A DNA stretch of 63,696 nt, the filler included, from Phoronis australis (Eukaryota; Animalia; Phoronida), in NCBI GenBank assembly GCA_002633005.1. It is 6 parts of 6 records of this genome, joined end to end, with 100 filler letters (N's around TTAATTAATTAA, not from the genome) between each part and the next. Parts side by side here need not be neighbours in the genome. Positions count along the whole stretch, not along the records: positions 33,332 to 57,934 come from NMRA01000627.1; positions 58,035 to 62,258 come from NMRA01002659.1; positions 62,359 to 63,696 come from NMRA01001318.1; 3 more parts are not named here. One strand, written 5' to 3'. This document shows, piece after piece, positions 51,257-63,696 of the stretch. How positions within the stretch are numbered: the stretch's first letter is position 1; each line of letters starts with the position of its first letter. The translations under genes and the position numbers were made by a program. The notes below the pieces were generated by a model, which was not told where the DNA came from, ran no database searches, and saw only the letters and a list, made by a program, of their open reading frames with translations.

Positions 51257-51787
51257 CAACAACATTCCACACCTCAACATCGGTCCATTTAACACTCCTT
51301 CCACAGCTGAGTGTGCCCTTGTAGGAGGCATGATGGCAGTAACCGTTAGACGGGAAGTACTCGTTGGTGCTGTCATACGAGTAGCTATCACTGAAGAACA
51401 TCAGGTCATGACCCCCGCCAAATGCTGGACCCTTGTGGTACAAATCGGACATAGCCATGGTTTGATAATTGCTGTCTATGCTGTATCTGGCTGATGTGCA
51501 TCCTTGTCTGCACAGCCGAAACACGAAAGCGTTGCTGTCCTTCTTGTAGTTGTTGACACTTGTCCAGGAGACAGAGGCATAACCACCGAACGTGGTTCCG
51601 CTCGTTGAATCTTTCCCAATAGAGATGGTTGGGCCCTTATTGTTGCATCTGCTGTGAAACACTGAAGCGCTCATAGCATCACGTGATGCCCTGTACAGGA
51701 GCTTGAATGTCTTTCCTGGGAACCATTTTTCCAGCAAAGCTACGTGGTCTGTAGTCAATAGGTTTGAACTAGCTATGGTTCCCATGT
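51257..51787 (-). CDS. Lectin-TLDc gene copy 3, exon B: intact TLDc domain (IFI44/OXR1-type)
   Basis: Splice sites ttttag|AC ATG and GTT G|gtaaga; length 531 nt. Reads FKLLYRASRDA...FHSRCNNKGPTI...TFGGYASVSW...DSNAFVFRL...GPAFGGGHDL...DVEVWNVV. Confidence 0.9.
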
Positions 51788-52190
51788 CTAAAATTCAAAC
51801 GTATCATAGGTGTATCATCCGTGCTTCCAAGGTGACACAGTAATTTTCGGTATTGCAAATAAAGCGAAACAAGAAAAATGGTAGAACCCGAAATATCAGT
51901 TTATACCATTTTTGTCCCAGGAACATGTTAAAAAGTAGCCGAAATGAAACGCGAAAACTGAGGAGTTTATTCCTCAACGATGCTGGTAAAAATTACAGAC
52001 AGTTAACAGTTCCTTGACTGAATGAAGCGTAAAATAATATAGTGTATACATCTAACCTGTGTTGTAAGATGATAAGATTTTGAAATAAGCACAAGTGTTC
52101 ACTTGGTGGTCATGCATTATGAAGAGCCGAAGATTTCTTTTACTAAAATGCTTCTGAAAATTTGTCATTTACTGCCTTTGGTATTAATAC

Positions 52191-52786
52191 CTTTTTCCGA
52201 ATCTTTTCCAACAGCCCATACGGTGTCCCCTTTTTTCAGCGATTCTTGACCAAGGAAGGATTTCAAACGATGAGAGTCCAAAGGAACTACGTGAGAATTG
52301 TCTTCAAGGCATTTCCTTTTTGCGGTTCCCAATCCACTGAAACGTTGCTCAGTTTGAAACAAGAATGTCCAAAGTAACGATATTGACTTGGGCAGTATAG
52401 TTTACTTAGAATGCGCTCGGATGAGGTTGATGACATTTGTCGTTGACGAATCACCTCCTGTAGTACCCCGGTAGCATTAAGTGAAAAGCTATTGCGTAAC
52501 TTTTGTGAAAGCTATTCATGGTTCTTAGAACCTTTGACTGAAAGTCTCGGTTCTTAAGTCGTTCCTCGCCGCTTTTGTTTAGCATTTCTTCAAGTTCCGA
52601 TTGAAAGTGAGTTATGGTTTTTAGAACAGTCGATTGGAAAATCCGGTTGCTTTTTTCTTCCTCTTTCAATAAAGAGATTACGGATTGTTCGAGAACAGAT
52701 CTCTTCTCGGCAGCCGAAGTCGCATGTAGACACGTGGCTTCGTGACACAGCACTACGATGACTATTACGAGATTAACAGTGAACAT
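52191..52786 (-). pseudogene. Lectin-TLDc gene copy 3, exon A, with two apparent -1 frameshifts
   Basis: MFTVNLVIVIVVLCHEATCLHA..., then a shifted frame LRNSFSLNATGVLQEVIRQRQMS...YCPSQYRYFGHSCFKLSNVSVDWE, then KCLEDNSHVVPL...TVWAVGKDSEK G|gtatta. One A is missing near 52502 and another near 52327. Confidence 0.75.
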
Positions 52787-53309
52787 TTCTACTCATGGGT
52801 TTATCGACAAGCACAGCTAGGCAGTTTCACAACACCAACGGGCAACAAATGTCCTCAACTGGAGATTGTCAAAGTGATAAGAACCTACGTGAACCATCCT
52901 TTTATAATGTGAACGTTTGTGATAAGAAAAATATATCCCTCAAGGTGATATTTTTCTTCAGGCCCATAGCCAGGGGGTTTAGGGATTCGATCGAACTCCC
53001 AACGCTGAAAAGGTCCAGCCCCAGCCCATCTGTTAGAGATAGGATATAGATGGACAACAACAAGAACAGCAACAGCAACAACAAAATTATTGCAGTTACT
53101 GGTACTAATAACTACAGTTATAATTAAGTTTGAAGAATTTGCTTCTGATTGAAAGCGCTTCGCATACTCATCGGGCCCTACATGGCCCCAGGGCCCAATT
53201 TCGCCCGAGTGGTGTTTTGCCTCTTGCAGACATTAGAGGAGGCTTGACATCACTCATTGGCACTGAACGTAAGTGGTTGCTACACAGTTATCGTCGATAT
53301 TATCGGTCG

Positions 53310-54729
53310 CCAAATGGGTGAATGTTACGCCGTCAAATTATGTGTTATTACGTTAATTCTTGTTAGAGACGTTAAGTAATTATTTGCGGGGTAAAGTAAT
53401 TATTTGCAGAGTAAAGTAATTATTTGCGGAGTAAAGTAATTATTTAAGACTTAAAGAATTAATAAATTACGGCGTAAAGTAAGTATTTGCGGCGCTTAAA
53501 GTTTCTTTACGCCGCAAATAATTACTTTGTCCCATACGCGTTGAATCTGTCGAGGGAAATACGGCCATGTAATAATGTTTTCCGTATTCACCTCCCGCAC
53601 TTCCTCAACAGCGACCTCTGACACTGAAGGTTCAAAAAGTAGGTCAATGTCGAAATCGACGTCATTAGCCCGGCGGTTAGATCATTAAATTTTCGGAAAA
53701 TAGCTTAAAGTAATACAATTGTAGCAGTGTAAATACCACTCAGCATGCAATCAGGTCTCAATTGTAACATCTGGAACAGGACTGTTAATTATATGACAGT
53801 CTTGTCTCAGTTTTCAATTTCTATATATTATATCGTCAGCAACTCAGGCACCGATTCCTCGCCAATATCAAACATTGTTGTCACTGGCCATGACAGCACC
53901 CGATACTATCGGCGACAGTATTACACGAGCAGCAACGACGACCGTGCTACAGAATCCGTAGCCAGCCAGATAGCGGTATGAACACACTGTCGTATATTTA
54001 GTATACAGCTTTGTACCAAAGCTACAGAATCCGTAGAAATGCGACAACGTACCTGCAACAACGCTGCAACAGGCATATTCGCCGGAGCTGTCGTCAACGG
54101 TGACACTTTTAAGTTCTTCGTAAAAACAGACGACGTGTAGGCTACGCGCTCCGGTCAATGTCCTAGTTTCATGAATGACTGCAGCCACCCGATGAGGATT
54201 TTACAATGTTATAAATATCCTTGTCATTTATTTATTTTCGAAATGCGCAATAACTGTCGTTTTTACACTCTTATCAGTTTCAAGTAATAAACTGCGACAT
54301 TTAAAACTGTTTTCTTTTACTATAGTAAATTAGCAACACAACGCGCACGTACAAACAAAACAGGTTGTGATTCCCCACGTAAACAGTCAGGGTGAAGTAT
54401 TTATAAAATGCCGAAAGAAAACAAAAAAACAACGAATTCGATGCGTATCCGATAAATACAAAACGCACCTCGAGTGGCGTATATGAAATAATATCCCACT
54501 CGACATTATTCCGCGGAATAATGTCTCGTGCGATATTATTTCATGTACGCCAGTCTCGGCACGTTTTGTGTATTGATGCCGCACATAATTTACGCTGTTG
54601 ATAATTACTTTACGCCTTAAATAATTACTTTAAGTCGTAAATAACTACTTTACGCTGCAATTAATTACGCCTCCAACAAGAATTATAGTACACACGTAAT
54701 TTAACGGCGTAAAGTTCACCCGTTTGGCC
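53310..54729. mobile_element. Non-autonomous TIR element with 21-bp subterminal tandem repeats
   Basis: gccaaatgggtgaa.gttacgccgtcaaatta is inverted relative to taatttaacggcgtaaagttcacccgtttggc. Arrays of GTAAAGTAATTATTTGCGG at 53372-53530 are inverted at 54585-54670. Confidence 0.7.
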
Positions 54730-55089
54730 AATGATACACCATAGGGTATCAAGGAAATTTAGAAGTAAATGAACATAAGCTTTAAAGCAGCGAAAGAGCT
54801 CTCAAAAAGTAATGTGGAGTGAATGTCTTAAATCGACTAAGAAACAAAAACAACGGAAAATATGATTGTTTTCTGCTATTTTGATATACTTGCTAGCATA
54901 GTATGGTATTGTGCAAGCATTTCAACTGTCGAATTGACGATGATCTCAAATATCCCTACTTCGTATTCTTTTAAAGGATACTGAACCCTGTGATAATTTC
55001 CACCAATTCTCGTTCTGTCACCTGCTAATGCATCACTGGCGTCAATCTCCCAAGTTAAAAGAATTCCAAATCCGATTTTGTCCTGTTAA

Positions 55090-55620
55090 CAGATACTAAA
55101 AAACGAGTTTCCCATTCAGTTCTCTGAAACAAATTAATGTTCTGTAACGGCTCGACAACCCTCTAAACTCTTGAGGAAAAATAGAAAATTCCTTGTAAAT
55201 TCAGCTAAAAGGGCAAGCGTGACCTACGCTGTTAGCGAGTTCGCGGCATCTGTGAGAAAAGACCACCCACCAAGGACCATAATGTCGATTTCGTGAGATA
55301 GTAAGTATGAATTCTTAGTTGGTTCCTGCTTTATCTTACAAGATTGATGCCAATGATGCATCAGCAAGTACGAGAACGAGGATTGAATGAAACCATCAAA
55401 ATAGGGTTTAAAGTTCTTTTTAAGGAAGGAATCAATTAAAAATTCATAAACCCCATGTCACAGTTGGGACAATATTGTCCTTGGTGGGTGGATTTTTTCG
55501 ACAGTTGCCGTGTAATTCGCAAAAAGCGTAGGTCACGCTTGCCCGTTCAGCCAACTTTGAAAGGAGTTTTCTCAACAAACTTTTGAGTGTTGTTTTGTTT
55601 CAGAGAACTGGATGGGAAAG
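55090..55620. mobile_element. MITE-like long imperfect inverted repeat
   Basis: Three inverted pairs: cagttctctgaaacaa/ttgtttcagagaactg, gggcaagcgtgacctacgct/agcgtaggtcacgcttgccc, and ccaccaaggac/gtccttggtgg. Confidence 0.7.
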
Positions 55621-57658
55621 TCAAAAGCCAAATCTGGGTTTGATATATTTTTAAAAACGCAAGAACGTAATTTTCCGTATTCGTAAGTCATGCGGGCAAG
55701 TTAGTACGCGCATGAAAACAATAGGTCCCGGAAGTTGTTTTCAGTCTAGGTACAGCGCTCAATGCATCTAATTGCCGAAGTATCGTTTACTTTTACATGC
55801 ATTTCCAGCGGTATAAGTAACACGCAAAAATACAACCAGATAAAAATTTCGTTAAGTCATTCTCAGACTAAAGAATTCCGTCCGAGTACGTATTTAAGCA
55901 CGCTTGATTTGAAAGTAAGGCCAACAGTAACGCGAGAACGTTCTCTTTCTGGACCACATTACTTGTCCGAGTTTGACTCACATTCTTTACGACAACCGTC
56001 ACGGCATCCTTATTTCCGTCTCATCTCAAGAACAAAGAGGTAAGAGTTATCGTTGTGTATACAGATTACCCCCCTAATTAGGCTGGGTCGAGGGCCTTGC
56101 TGAAAACTATGACCTGTCGACCTTTGCAAAATATCAACGGTCCACCGTTCCAGAAATTCGAACCACTCCTTGCGCTATGCTAGCTACGGGCCTGTTCTTT
56201 GTTTCTTTGCGATTAGATAAATTCTTGAAAGTTGCCACGTGTTCACCTGCAAGATAGAGCTGTCGGCATGCACACGTGTATGTGGAGGCGTGTAAAGACA
56301 AGCCTATCAGAGGAGTAGCCACTCTTCTTTGCATAAAAACATGCGCATTTTTAAAAGTAGCGTTTCCATTATGTGACCTTTAGAACATTTAAATAAACAC
56401 CTACACCATGACGACGTCTTTACCTTCTCCAAGTAAATTATTTTGAGATGAGGAGAACCGGTAAAACAAACATACCTCGAAATTTTGGTAGAGAGACTTC
56501 TTTATTTGGTTGTAATCAAACCAGCTGACGGCGTGCAGTTTATTTCATGATTTTACAGTCCCATTAAAACTTTATTTACTTTAAGTGAAATGTGCCGGCC
56601 AAAAGAACGCCTCTAGTAGTTTGTGACAAAATCGTTTGTGAAGTTGTCTAGAAGTGACAACACCTACAACCATATAGCCTTTGATTTCCCCGAAAGGTAG
56701 TTAAAATGTAAGAATATTCAAAATTGTTTTACCCAGATAGTTAATCTGAGTAAAGATGCAAAATTGAGACACCCCTTGATGTTCATGGAATATCATGGAA
56801 TAGGTGGAAAATATTCAGCATAAACTGAATATTTGTATTTTACTGTTAGGCAGGTCCACAGTTTCAGTACCTGAGATGGCTGACTTCTTTTTAAGAGTAT
56901 GTTAAGAGTACCTGTGCTACTTTTCCAATCACAGAATTGCTATTTGAGAAAATGCCCCTTTCCAGAGATTGCCTGCAAAGATGGTTTGATATATGGTGAA
57001 TGTCGATTCCCATACTCCAGCAGGTTTGACGATGGCAATATTTACCAAATGATATCACGGTTGTACGTCACGAGATCTTGATAACCGACTTAGAAACTAG
57101 ATCGATACGTGATATCTTGCATGAATCGCAGGCGGATGTAGGGGAGGTTATTGCATACAGCACCGGTTAGTTCACATGAATTGCGTCAAAACATATACAT
57201 GTATGTAAACGACCAAATCGTCTTTACTGTGCATTTATAGGCTTTCGCCAAGCTTCTCATTTTAAGCATTATGAAAATGGTGCAAAAAATCGCTATGCAT
57301 GGTGCCATCCGCATAACGCAAGATATGGACACCACAAGACTTCTACTAAGGACATGGTCAGGTGGCATGACTGATGGCAGAGTGGTAAAAAAACACAATA
57401 AAATCCTACCAGCTGAATGTTTTAAGATACAATGCAATATTAATAAGCAATTACTTAAAAACACGCACTTTTACTTAGTATATGCATGGCTATGTAGGCA
57501 GACTTATGAAAAAGGCTCTACATGTCCTTTAAAACACCTTTCTTGCTATTGTAATGCCGGCCAATTTTTACTCAGTACTGTTTGATAGTGTATTCACCTC
57601 TTTCACGAACGCGGGGCGCTGCTGTCGTGTTGATCGAAAACGAGGCGCCTTGACAAAC

Positions 57659-57760
57659 ATGGCATCGTCCTGCAAGGTGTTGTGGTCAAATGACTTATCA
57701 ACGTTACCAAAAATCAAGTTGTCTGATGTTGATTCGATCTCCAAAAAACATACTAATACT
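57659..57760 (+). pseudogene. 5' fragment of a second copy of the SWIM-YqaJ gene
   Basis: MASSCKVLWSNDLSTLPKIKLSDVDSISKK is almost the exact reverse complement of 43812-43871. Confidence 0.7.
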
Positions 57761-59457
57761 TACGGCAACCAGACTTTTACCCTCCTCAGCCATTCCTTAG
57801 TAGTTTTCCCTCTTTTGAAAAAGTGTAGAAGTCAGGGATATACACAGGCTTTTAGTCCTGAAAAACCCTGCTCGCCAGCTGGGCGAGTGCCGGAGCCAGA
57901 AAATCTACTCGCCAAGCCCGAAGTTCGGTCACCCNNNNNNNNNNNNNNNNNNNNNNNNNNNNNNNNNNNNNNNNNNNNTTAATTAATTAANNNNNNNNNN
58001 NNNNNNNNNNNNNNNNNNNNNNNNNNNNNNNNNNAAGACAAGTTCACGAAAGTCTGTGAAACGGATCAGGGAATCATCACTGTTGAACCTGTTGGACCGG
58101 ATCCAGGAAATGTAAAAGAAGGTCAGATTTTGAGCAAAGTGTAACTGCAAGCGTGTTTGATTGTGACGTCAGGATAGTTTACATTTGGTCGAGTGTATTC
58201 GAAAATGATAACTTAGAACATATCAAACGTCCCACTAATCATTGAGGCAAATTGTCTGAAGTGCATTTTGCTGCAATCTTCATGCTTATGATTCGTCTAG
58301 AAAAATGCAATTTACTTTTTATTCGTCTACAATTATGGTTAGATACAATCGGCGTTGCGTCCGTCCGTCATACATAAAGCCGAAATTTGTCAAATGCAAA
58401 ACAAGATGGAATCGCCTCGCATTTGCGAACAATAGTGCCAGCGCGGCCCGGGTGGGAATTGGCTTCATGTCCCCAGCTCATTGGTGAATAGTTTTTTCCG
58501 ACCAAATCTAACTGTAATTTCGCATTTCCGTGTTCCTTGAAAAGTGCCCCAGGTTGACAATTACTTGAATTCACCTCCTGAAAAGCGTTGCATATGCACA
58601 CATCGACTGATACATGTACACCTGAATCACACTAAGAAATAATAATGTTTAGGAACTGAATTGCCGGGTAGAGTGATTACGAAGGCACCGGCCGAAGAGA
58701 CAATGGAAAGAACCACGTAATGAGCATAATAAGGCCTGGGGCACATCAACTTAGAAGCAGTTGGCTTGGAGATTGAAATGACTCATGGTTTAAAGACGGC
58801 CTCCTCTTTAAATCGAGATTGTTGGCACTGCAATCGATTTTTCCTTAGAAAATACAGTTTCCGTTATCACTCAAAGCCAATTCAGCATTGCAGTGAATCC
58901 AAACATTCTTAAATTGAGGATATTCTTTTTGATAGCCAAACAGCAAATATCAGATCGTGTAATTTGATGAAGAACTAATATTATATTTTTTCTTTAAATT
59001 TTAGCGTTTAATTTAATATTTCCAATTAAAATGCTTACGATTTATCAAGTAACACCAACGTTGAATTAATGTAATGCAAGTTGTTAAAACGTTTGTTTAT
59101 AATACCGAGAATTAGACCAGTGTCATCACTGTATTTAATGGTGATTTCAGAAAACAACGTGCCTTTAATTCAGACTTACGAACTATTCGTAAATAGTTTA
59201 TTTAAACTAACGGGCGACAAGTTGGTAATAACTTCAATAAGTACAAGTGTATCGAATACTTCCAGACTTAACTGCCAGGCCACTGTTATAAACTCAAAAA
59301 GTGGTCTTAAATTTGCACTTTTTTGCGAAAAGTAAGCTGACAAGATGCATCTCATGAAAGCACAGTGTCACGCCTTATTATCTTCATATTATATTCTATG
59401 TCGGGTTTGCAAACGTAACTGAACGACTTTCATGGAAACGTGTAAACACTTGCAGCC

Positions 59458-60622
59458 GATTTCATAAAGGTGGTTTAACAAAACCAGGTTTAAGACTTAA
59501 ACCGGGTCTTCCTAAACCTGGTCTAATTTTAGACCTAACTTGCATTTCACCAACATGGTTTAAAAATCTGAAAGCCTGATTTTGCTAGACCAGGGAGCTG
59601 GTTCAGTAGATCCAGGTTTATAGTATCAAAGGCACCCCACTGTGTCGAGGTGGGTAAACTCAACAAAGAAACTATTGAAGTGCTTCAATGAAACCTTGAT
59701 CACGTGGTTATAGAATGGCATACACCAGTAGAATCAGGGCAGACATTTACGACAAAGGTCTAAAAGCTTCTCCCAAGAGGAAAAATGTAATTTGTGTGCC
59801 CAACACACACACACTAAAGAACATGTTCACGATTAGATGAAACATGATAAATGCCCAAATTTATTTCCGGGTCATTTTAGTTTTTATTTTTCGTGGCCAA
59901 GGGGGGGGGGGCAAGACCCCTTCCCGGCAACATCGAATCGGAGAACAGTGGAGATGGAACTCAATCAGAAGAATCAGAGGATGCTGTCTTAAGTCAAATC
60001 CGTAGGGCTTGCGACGATGAGACCTGCTCGACCAGTCGTATTCTGAGGAATCCACAGGACACACTCCAGCACGTACTGGTCTACGCATAGGCGGATCTAG
60101 GGGGGTCAAGGGCTCCGGAGCCCCCTTAATCCCTTGATTTTAATGATATCAAATCTATAATTTTCAAATTGTTGACTTGGTCCCCCCTTTCAAAAAGTCC
60201 TTGACCGTCCCCTCTCCTTTAAAAAATCTTGGATCCGCCCCTGCTACTTTTGATCTCGTGTCGTAGTAAACCTGAATAATGAAACTAGTCCATTTTCGCT
60301 CTAAAACTGCGTCGCAATTCCACACCGCGGCATCGTGCAGTTGTACCTATACCATGCAAGTCTGACATATTTAACAGTTAAACCTGGGTCTGACCAAGTC
60401 TAAAGTTAAACATGGTTTAAGATCTTAATACAGGTCTAAAGAATATAGATCTCGTTGGTGAAATGAAAACTGACTTAGACCAGGTCTAAACTGGAGTTAA
60501 TCCAGGTTTTACAAGAACACTGGTCTAAAAGTTAAACTACCTTTAGGAAATGCAGATTATCATTAAACCTGGTCTTAGTCCACTTTAAACCAGGTTTAAC
60601 TTTAAACCACCTTTATGAAATC
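59458..60622. mobile_element. Harbinger-like non-autonomous element with nested GC-rich MITE fragments
   Basis: 21-bp perfect TIR GATTTCATAAAGGTGGTTTAA ... TTAAACCACCTTTATGAAATC with subterminal aaaccaggtt and gaccaggtctaa repeats. An internal RQRSKSFSQEEK resembles the start of a Myb/SANT-like domain. A ggcggatct...ggatccgcc MITE lies at about 60090-60240. Confidence 0.65.
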
Positions 60623-63600
60623 AATAAAATACACCGATTTTGAGATTTCTCCAGGGTAGTCTCGTGATAACCCACCTGCGGCCCACGACTTTAATTGTAT
60701 ACCTTAAATTTAACATCTGAACTCCAGTCCAAACTTTACTTTGATAGTTTAAGTTATACAGTAAAATAGCATATTTAAATGCCTGTATGTACTCCGCTAA
60801 TCTAAACTGCAAACTGGACTTCGAATTCGAGACTTCAAATTAAAGGTCCGCTTATACAAACCTAAACTATATGAATTAAAATGTCGTGAATGAGCAAGCT
60901 ACAGTCTTATAAAAGGTAAAAAATAAACCACGTTGATTTTTGAGTCACGAACATGAATTTCAAACAATAGTCCGGTTCAATTTGCTCTGGGTTTGACATG
61001 CGCAGACGTGAACTTCACGTAAACGGGGACCATTATGCCCACAGACGATGACGTCAATGTTGACGGCTAGTTCCACACAATGTCATGTGACTAAAATGTG
61101 ATTCTGTTTTAGGAAAAGATAACAAAGTAGTTATTACACTGGAGTGCGATTCCAAGGCATTCGACAGCAAAGAACAACTCGCCACCGACGCACTTGTAGA
61201 AACCATGCGTGTACATAGAGACAGGATAAAAGAGTTGAAGTTTCACGGAAGTGGCGCAAGTAAGTCTGTGTCCATTCCATATTATTGCATTGTCGATTTG
61301 CTTGATGCACTTGACTCAAATGCATACAACACCGTTTAAACACCAACATAAAAAGAGATGTTGCTTATTTTTAGTAGCAGACGCTACATGTGTGAACGGA
61401 GGCGGTTTCGAAGTGATGTGTTAACGTCTCCATGGGTGGACGGGTATCGTGGCAGGTTGCACGATATGGCCGAGATCAAGCCGTGCATTCTTTGAAATGA
61501 ATAATTTGACATTGATGTATCTGCAATGGCTTCACCTTTTTTCGTCACGGTCACCAACATATTCTCCATTATAGGCTATTAAAAACCATATCATGTACTT
61601 GGANGAGGGGCGGGGTCTAAACGTTGCAATGAATAGGAAATTCGCATTTTTGTGTTCTGTTTTGCTTTTTGCCATCTCAATGTAGGTGTCTATTATTCCT
61701 TGATCGAGTGTGTCACGATTTTTGGATATGACTTGCTCAGTAGTCCAAATTTGCACTTTGTGACCCCTATGATCGTGCAACAAACTCGACCCAAAAGTCG
61801 AAATATCAGTTGCTGGAAATTTGGGTTCAGTCACGTTGTACGTGGGCCATCAAGTGTAAATTAGAATAACAAAGACACGAAATGCTAAGAATCATTTCGA
61901 GTTCTTTATCGAGTAGAGATCCTGGGCCCAATTGTAATTTAAGGGGATCACGTGCCATATTCGTCGTGAGGGTGCAACTTCCGTATGTACAATGTACACG
62001 GTACCCTAGATGGCGCATACATTGCAGTACAGAGTCACCTGGGGTTCGATAAATTTCCGTACTCCGTGCCAGTACCTCCGCGTTCTTCAAACGATTGTTC
62101 CTGAGTATTGCAAACAAAAACGTTTCCAATAGAAATAAAAAATCGGCTTGGCATATTTTTAGCCACGTGGGAGACGATTGGTTGTTTATTTTTATCTGGG
62201 CCATGGTAATCGCACGTGATTGTAAGATCATTAACGACTGATAGGATGCTTTTTCCTGNNNNNNNNNNNNNNNNNNNNNNNNNNNNNNNNNNNNNNNNNN
62301 NNTTAATTAATTAANNNNNNNNNNNNNNNNNNNNNNNNNNNNNNNNNNNNNNNNNNNNGTCCGTTTTGGAGGACCGGCGGTCATATTGTTTCTCACCCGT
62401 GACTGTGCACGGTCATCAAAATTGGACCTCTCACAATCTGATTGACATATGCAAAATTGAAGGTTAATTCTATCATTGAGCGACCTTCTAAGAAGTGACA
62501 TTCTGTAACAAGAAGCTGTGTGATTTAAAAAAAAAACGGAGTACAGAAGTAATCAATTCCATCAGGGTGACTTATCTCCGTGAGCAGTAATTTTTTTCAA
62601 TAAAAACACAAAATGGGTGACTGCGTGGATGGCCACGACGGATCTCTCAATACGAAAAGGTTCATTACTCCAATAAACAGAAAATGAACAGCTATTGGGG
62701 CTATCTGTTTGGTTATCAACCTTTAAGTAATGACTTAAATTTTTTTTCGACAAAAAAGGAAGAAATACACTGACGTAACGGGGGACTTGAAAATATAGTT
62801 TTGCACCGAATTTAACTGAAAAAACAATGAATTAACGTTATGCGTAAAAGCTGCGCCTTAACACTTTATCGAATTTTTGAAATACTTGCACGAATTACCA
62901 AGTGCAAATGTAAAGTGCTTTTATGCTATCTGTGCTGCAAACAATGGGACACTCTAACAATGATGTCCTTGCTAGTGCTCTTAAAGGGTAAATCAAGCAA
63001 TGGTAGTTGACAAACGTTTCATTCAATTTTCTCTTCCGTTTGTTTCCCTCTCTTGCTTTTCTCCGCTATCCCTGGTAGTTCACGCCTATACAAGTTAACA
63101 CGAACTAATTATGACGCCTGAAAACTTTAGGGAAGCATATGCCCCACCCCTGCTTCTTATGTCCCTTTTTAAATATTTACTCTGACATGGAACATTTGCT
63201 GGTTGACATCAAATTCATCACAACCTTTCCGTCAACGCCAACGCACCTATTCCGTGTTCCAGGCACAGGTCACGTGTTGCTTTCAGGTATCACATGGAGT
63301 TGTTCGTCAATATTGTTAGTGAAACAACTTTGAATGGAGTTGACTGCCACAACACCATACCACTCTAGTCCACTCGTCAGTGAATTGTTGCACGAATGAA
63401 ATCAATTGGCTGATACCAGCAACTCATAAAAATCCTCCACGGGTTGTCATCATGCTTTCTTTGATGGGTACCTCCTTTGAATGTCACAGTCGTCACCGCC
63501 AACAGAGACGTGGTATTGTTATTCGCTGTCGGTGGTTTTCGTCCCGTGATCTAAATCGTGACGTAAGTAGGTTACATTCGAGGCATACAATCGACTGAAC

Positions 63601-63696
63601 GCTCTTTGCGGTTAGACACGCTTTTGCACTCGTCTGTCATCATCAAGGAAAGCTGCTGTCACATGAGATGCGCAGCTTAGATTCATTGTACGAAGT

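Noticed and set aside
53372-53530. Regular repeats resembling a CRISPR array
   Set aside because: The units are contiguous with no unique spacers, there are no cas genes, and the context is eukaryotic. They are subterminal repeats of a TIR element.
61130-61834. Possible Ulp1-like protease or PHD relic (TLDQGIIDTYIEM...)
   Set aside because: Only a weak resemblance, with no catalytic His/Asp/Cys motifs found. A profile search would be needed.

Overview
This is AT-rich, intron-containing eukaryotic DNA. It is probably from a marine invertebrate, which is an inference from the gene and transposon content. It is a draft scaffold with five ~100-bp gaps, each holding an artificial TTAATTAATTAA spacer. 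Host genes are a Tctex1-domain dynein light chain (two coding exons, minus strand), a probable TTC4/Cns1-like first exon, an intronless Toll-like receptor cut at its N-terminus by a gap, and a large uncharacterised exon rich in RRxT motifs. There is also a tandem family of three copies (one a relic) of an apparently secreted protein. The key observation is that family's architecture: signal peptide, 32-aa helical repeats, N-half of a C-type lectin domain, a complete TLDc domain on a symmetric phase-1 exon, then the C-half of the lectin domain. The TLDc domain therefore sits inside the lectin fold where the long loop should be. The rest is transposon debris: hAT, intron-containing Merlin, Gypsy integrase with a PHD finger, Gypsy LTR/PBS/gag, non-LTR RNase H, Penelope GIY-YIG, SWIM-YqaJ, a Kolobok with THAP and a P2X7-ballast-like gene, MITEs and a SINE. 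All family calls come from reading motifs by eye; no searches were run.
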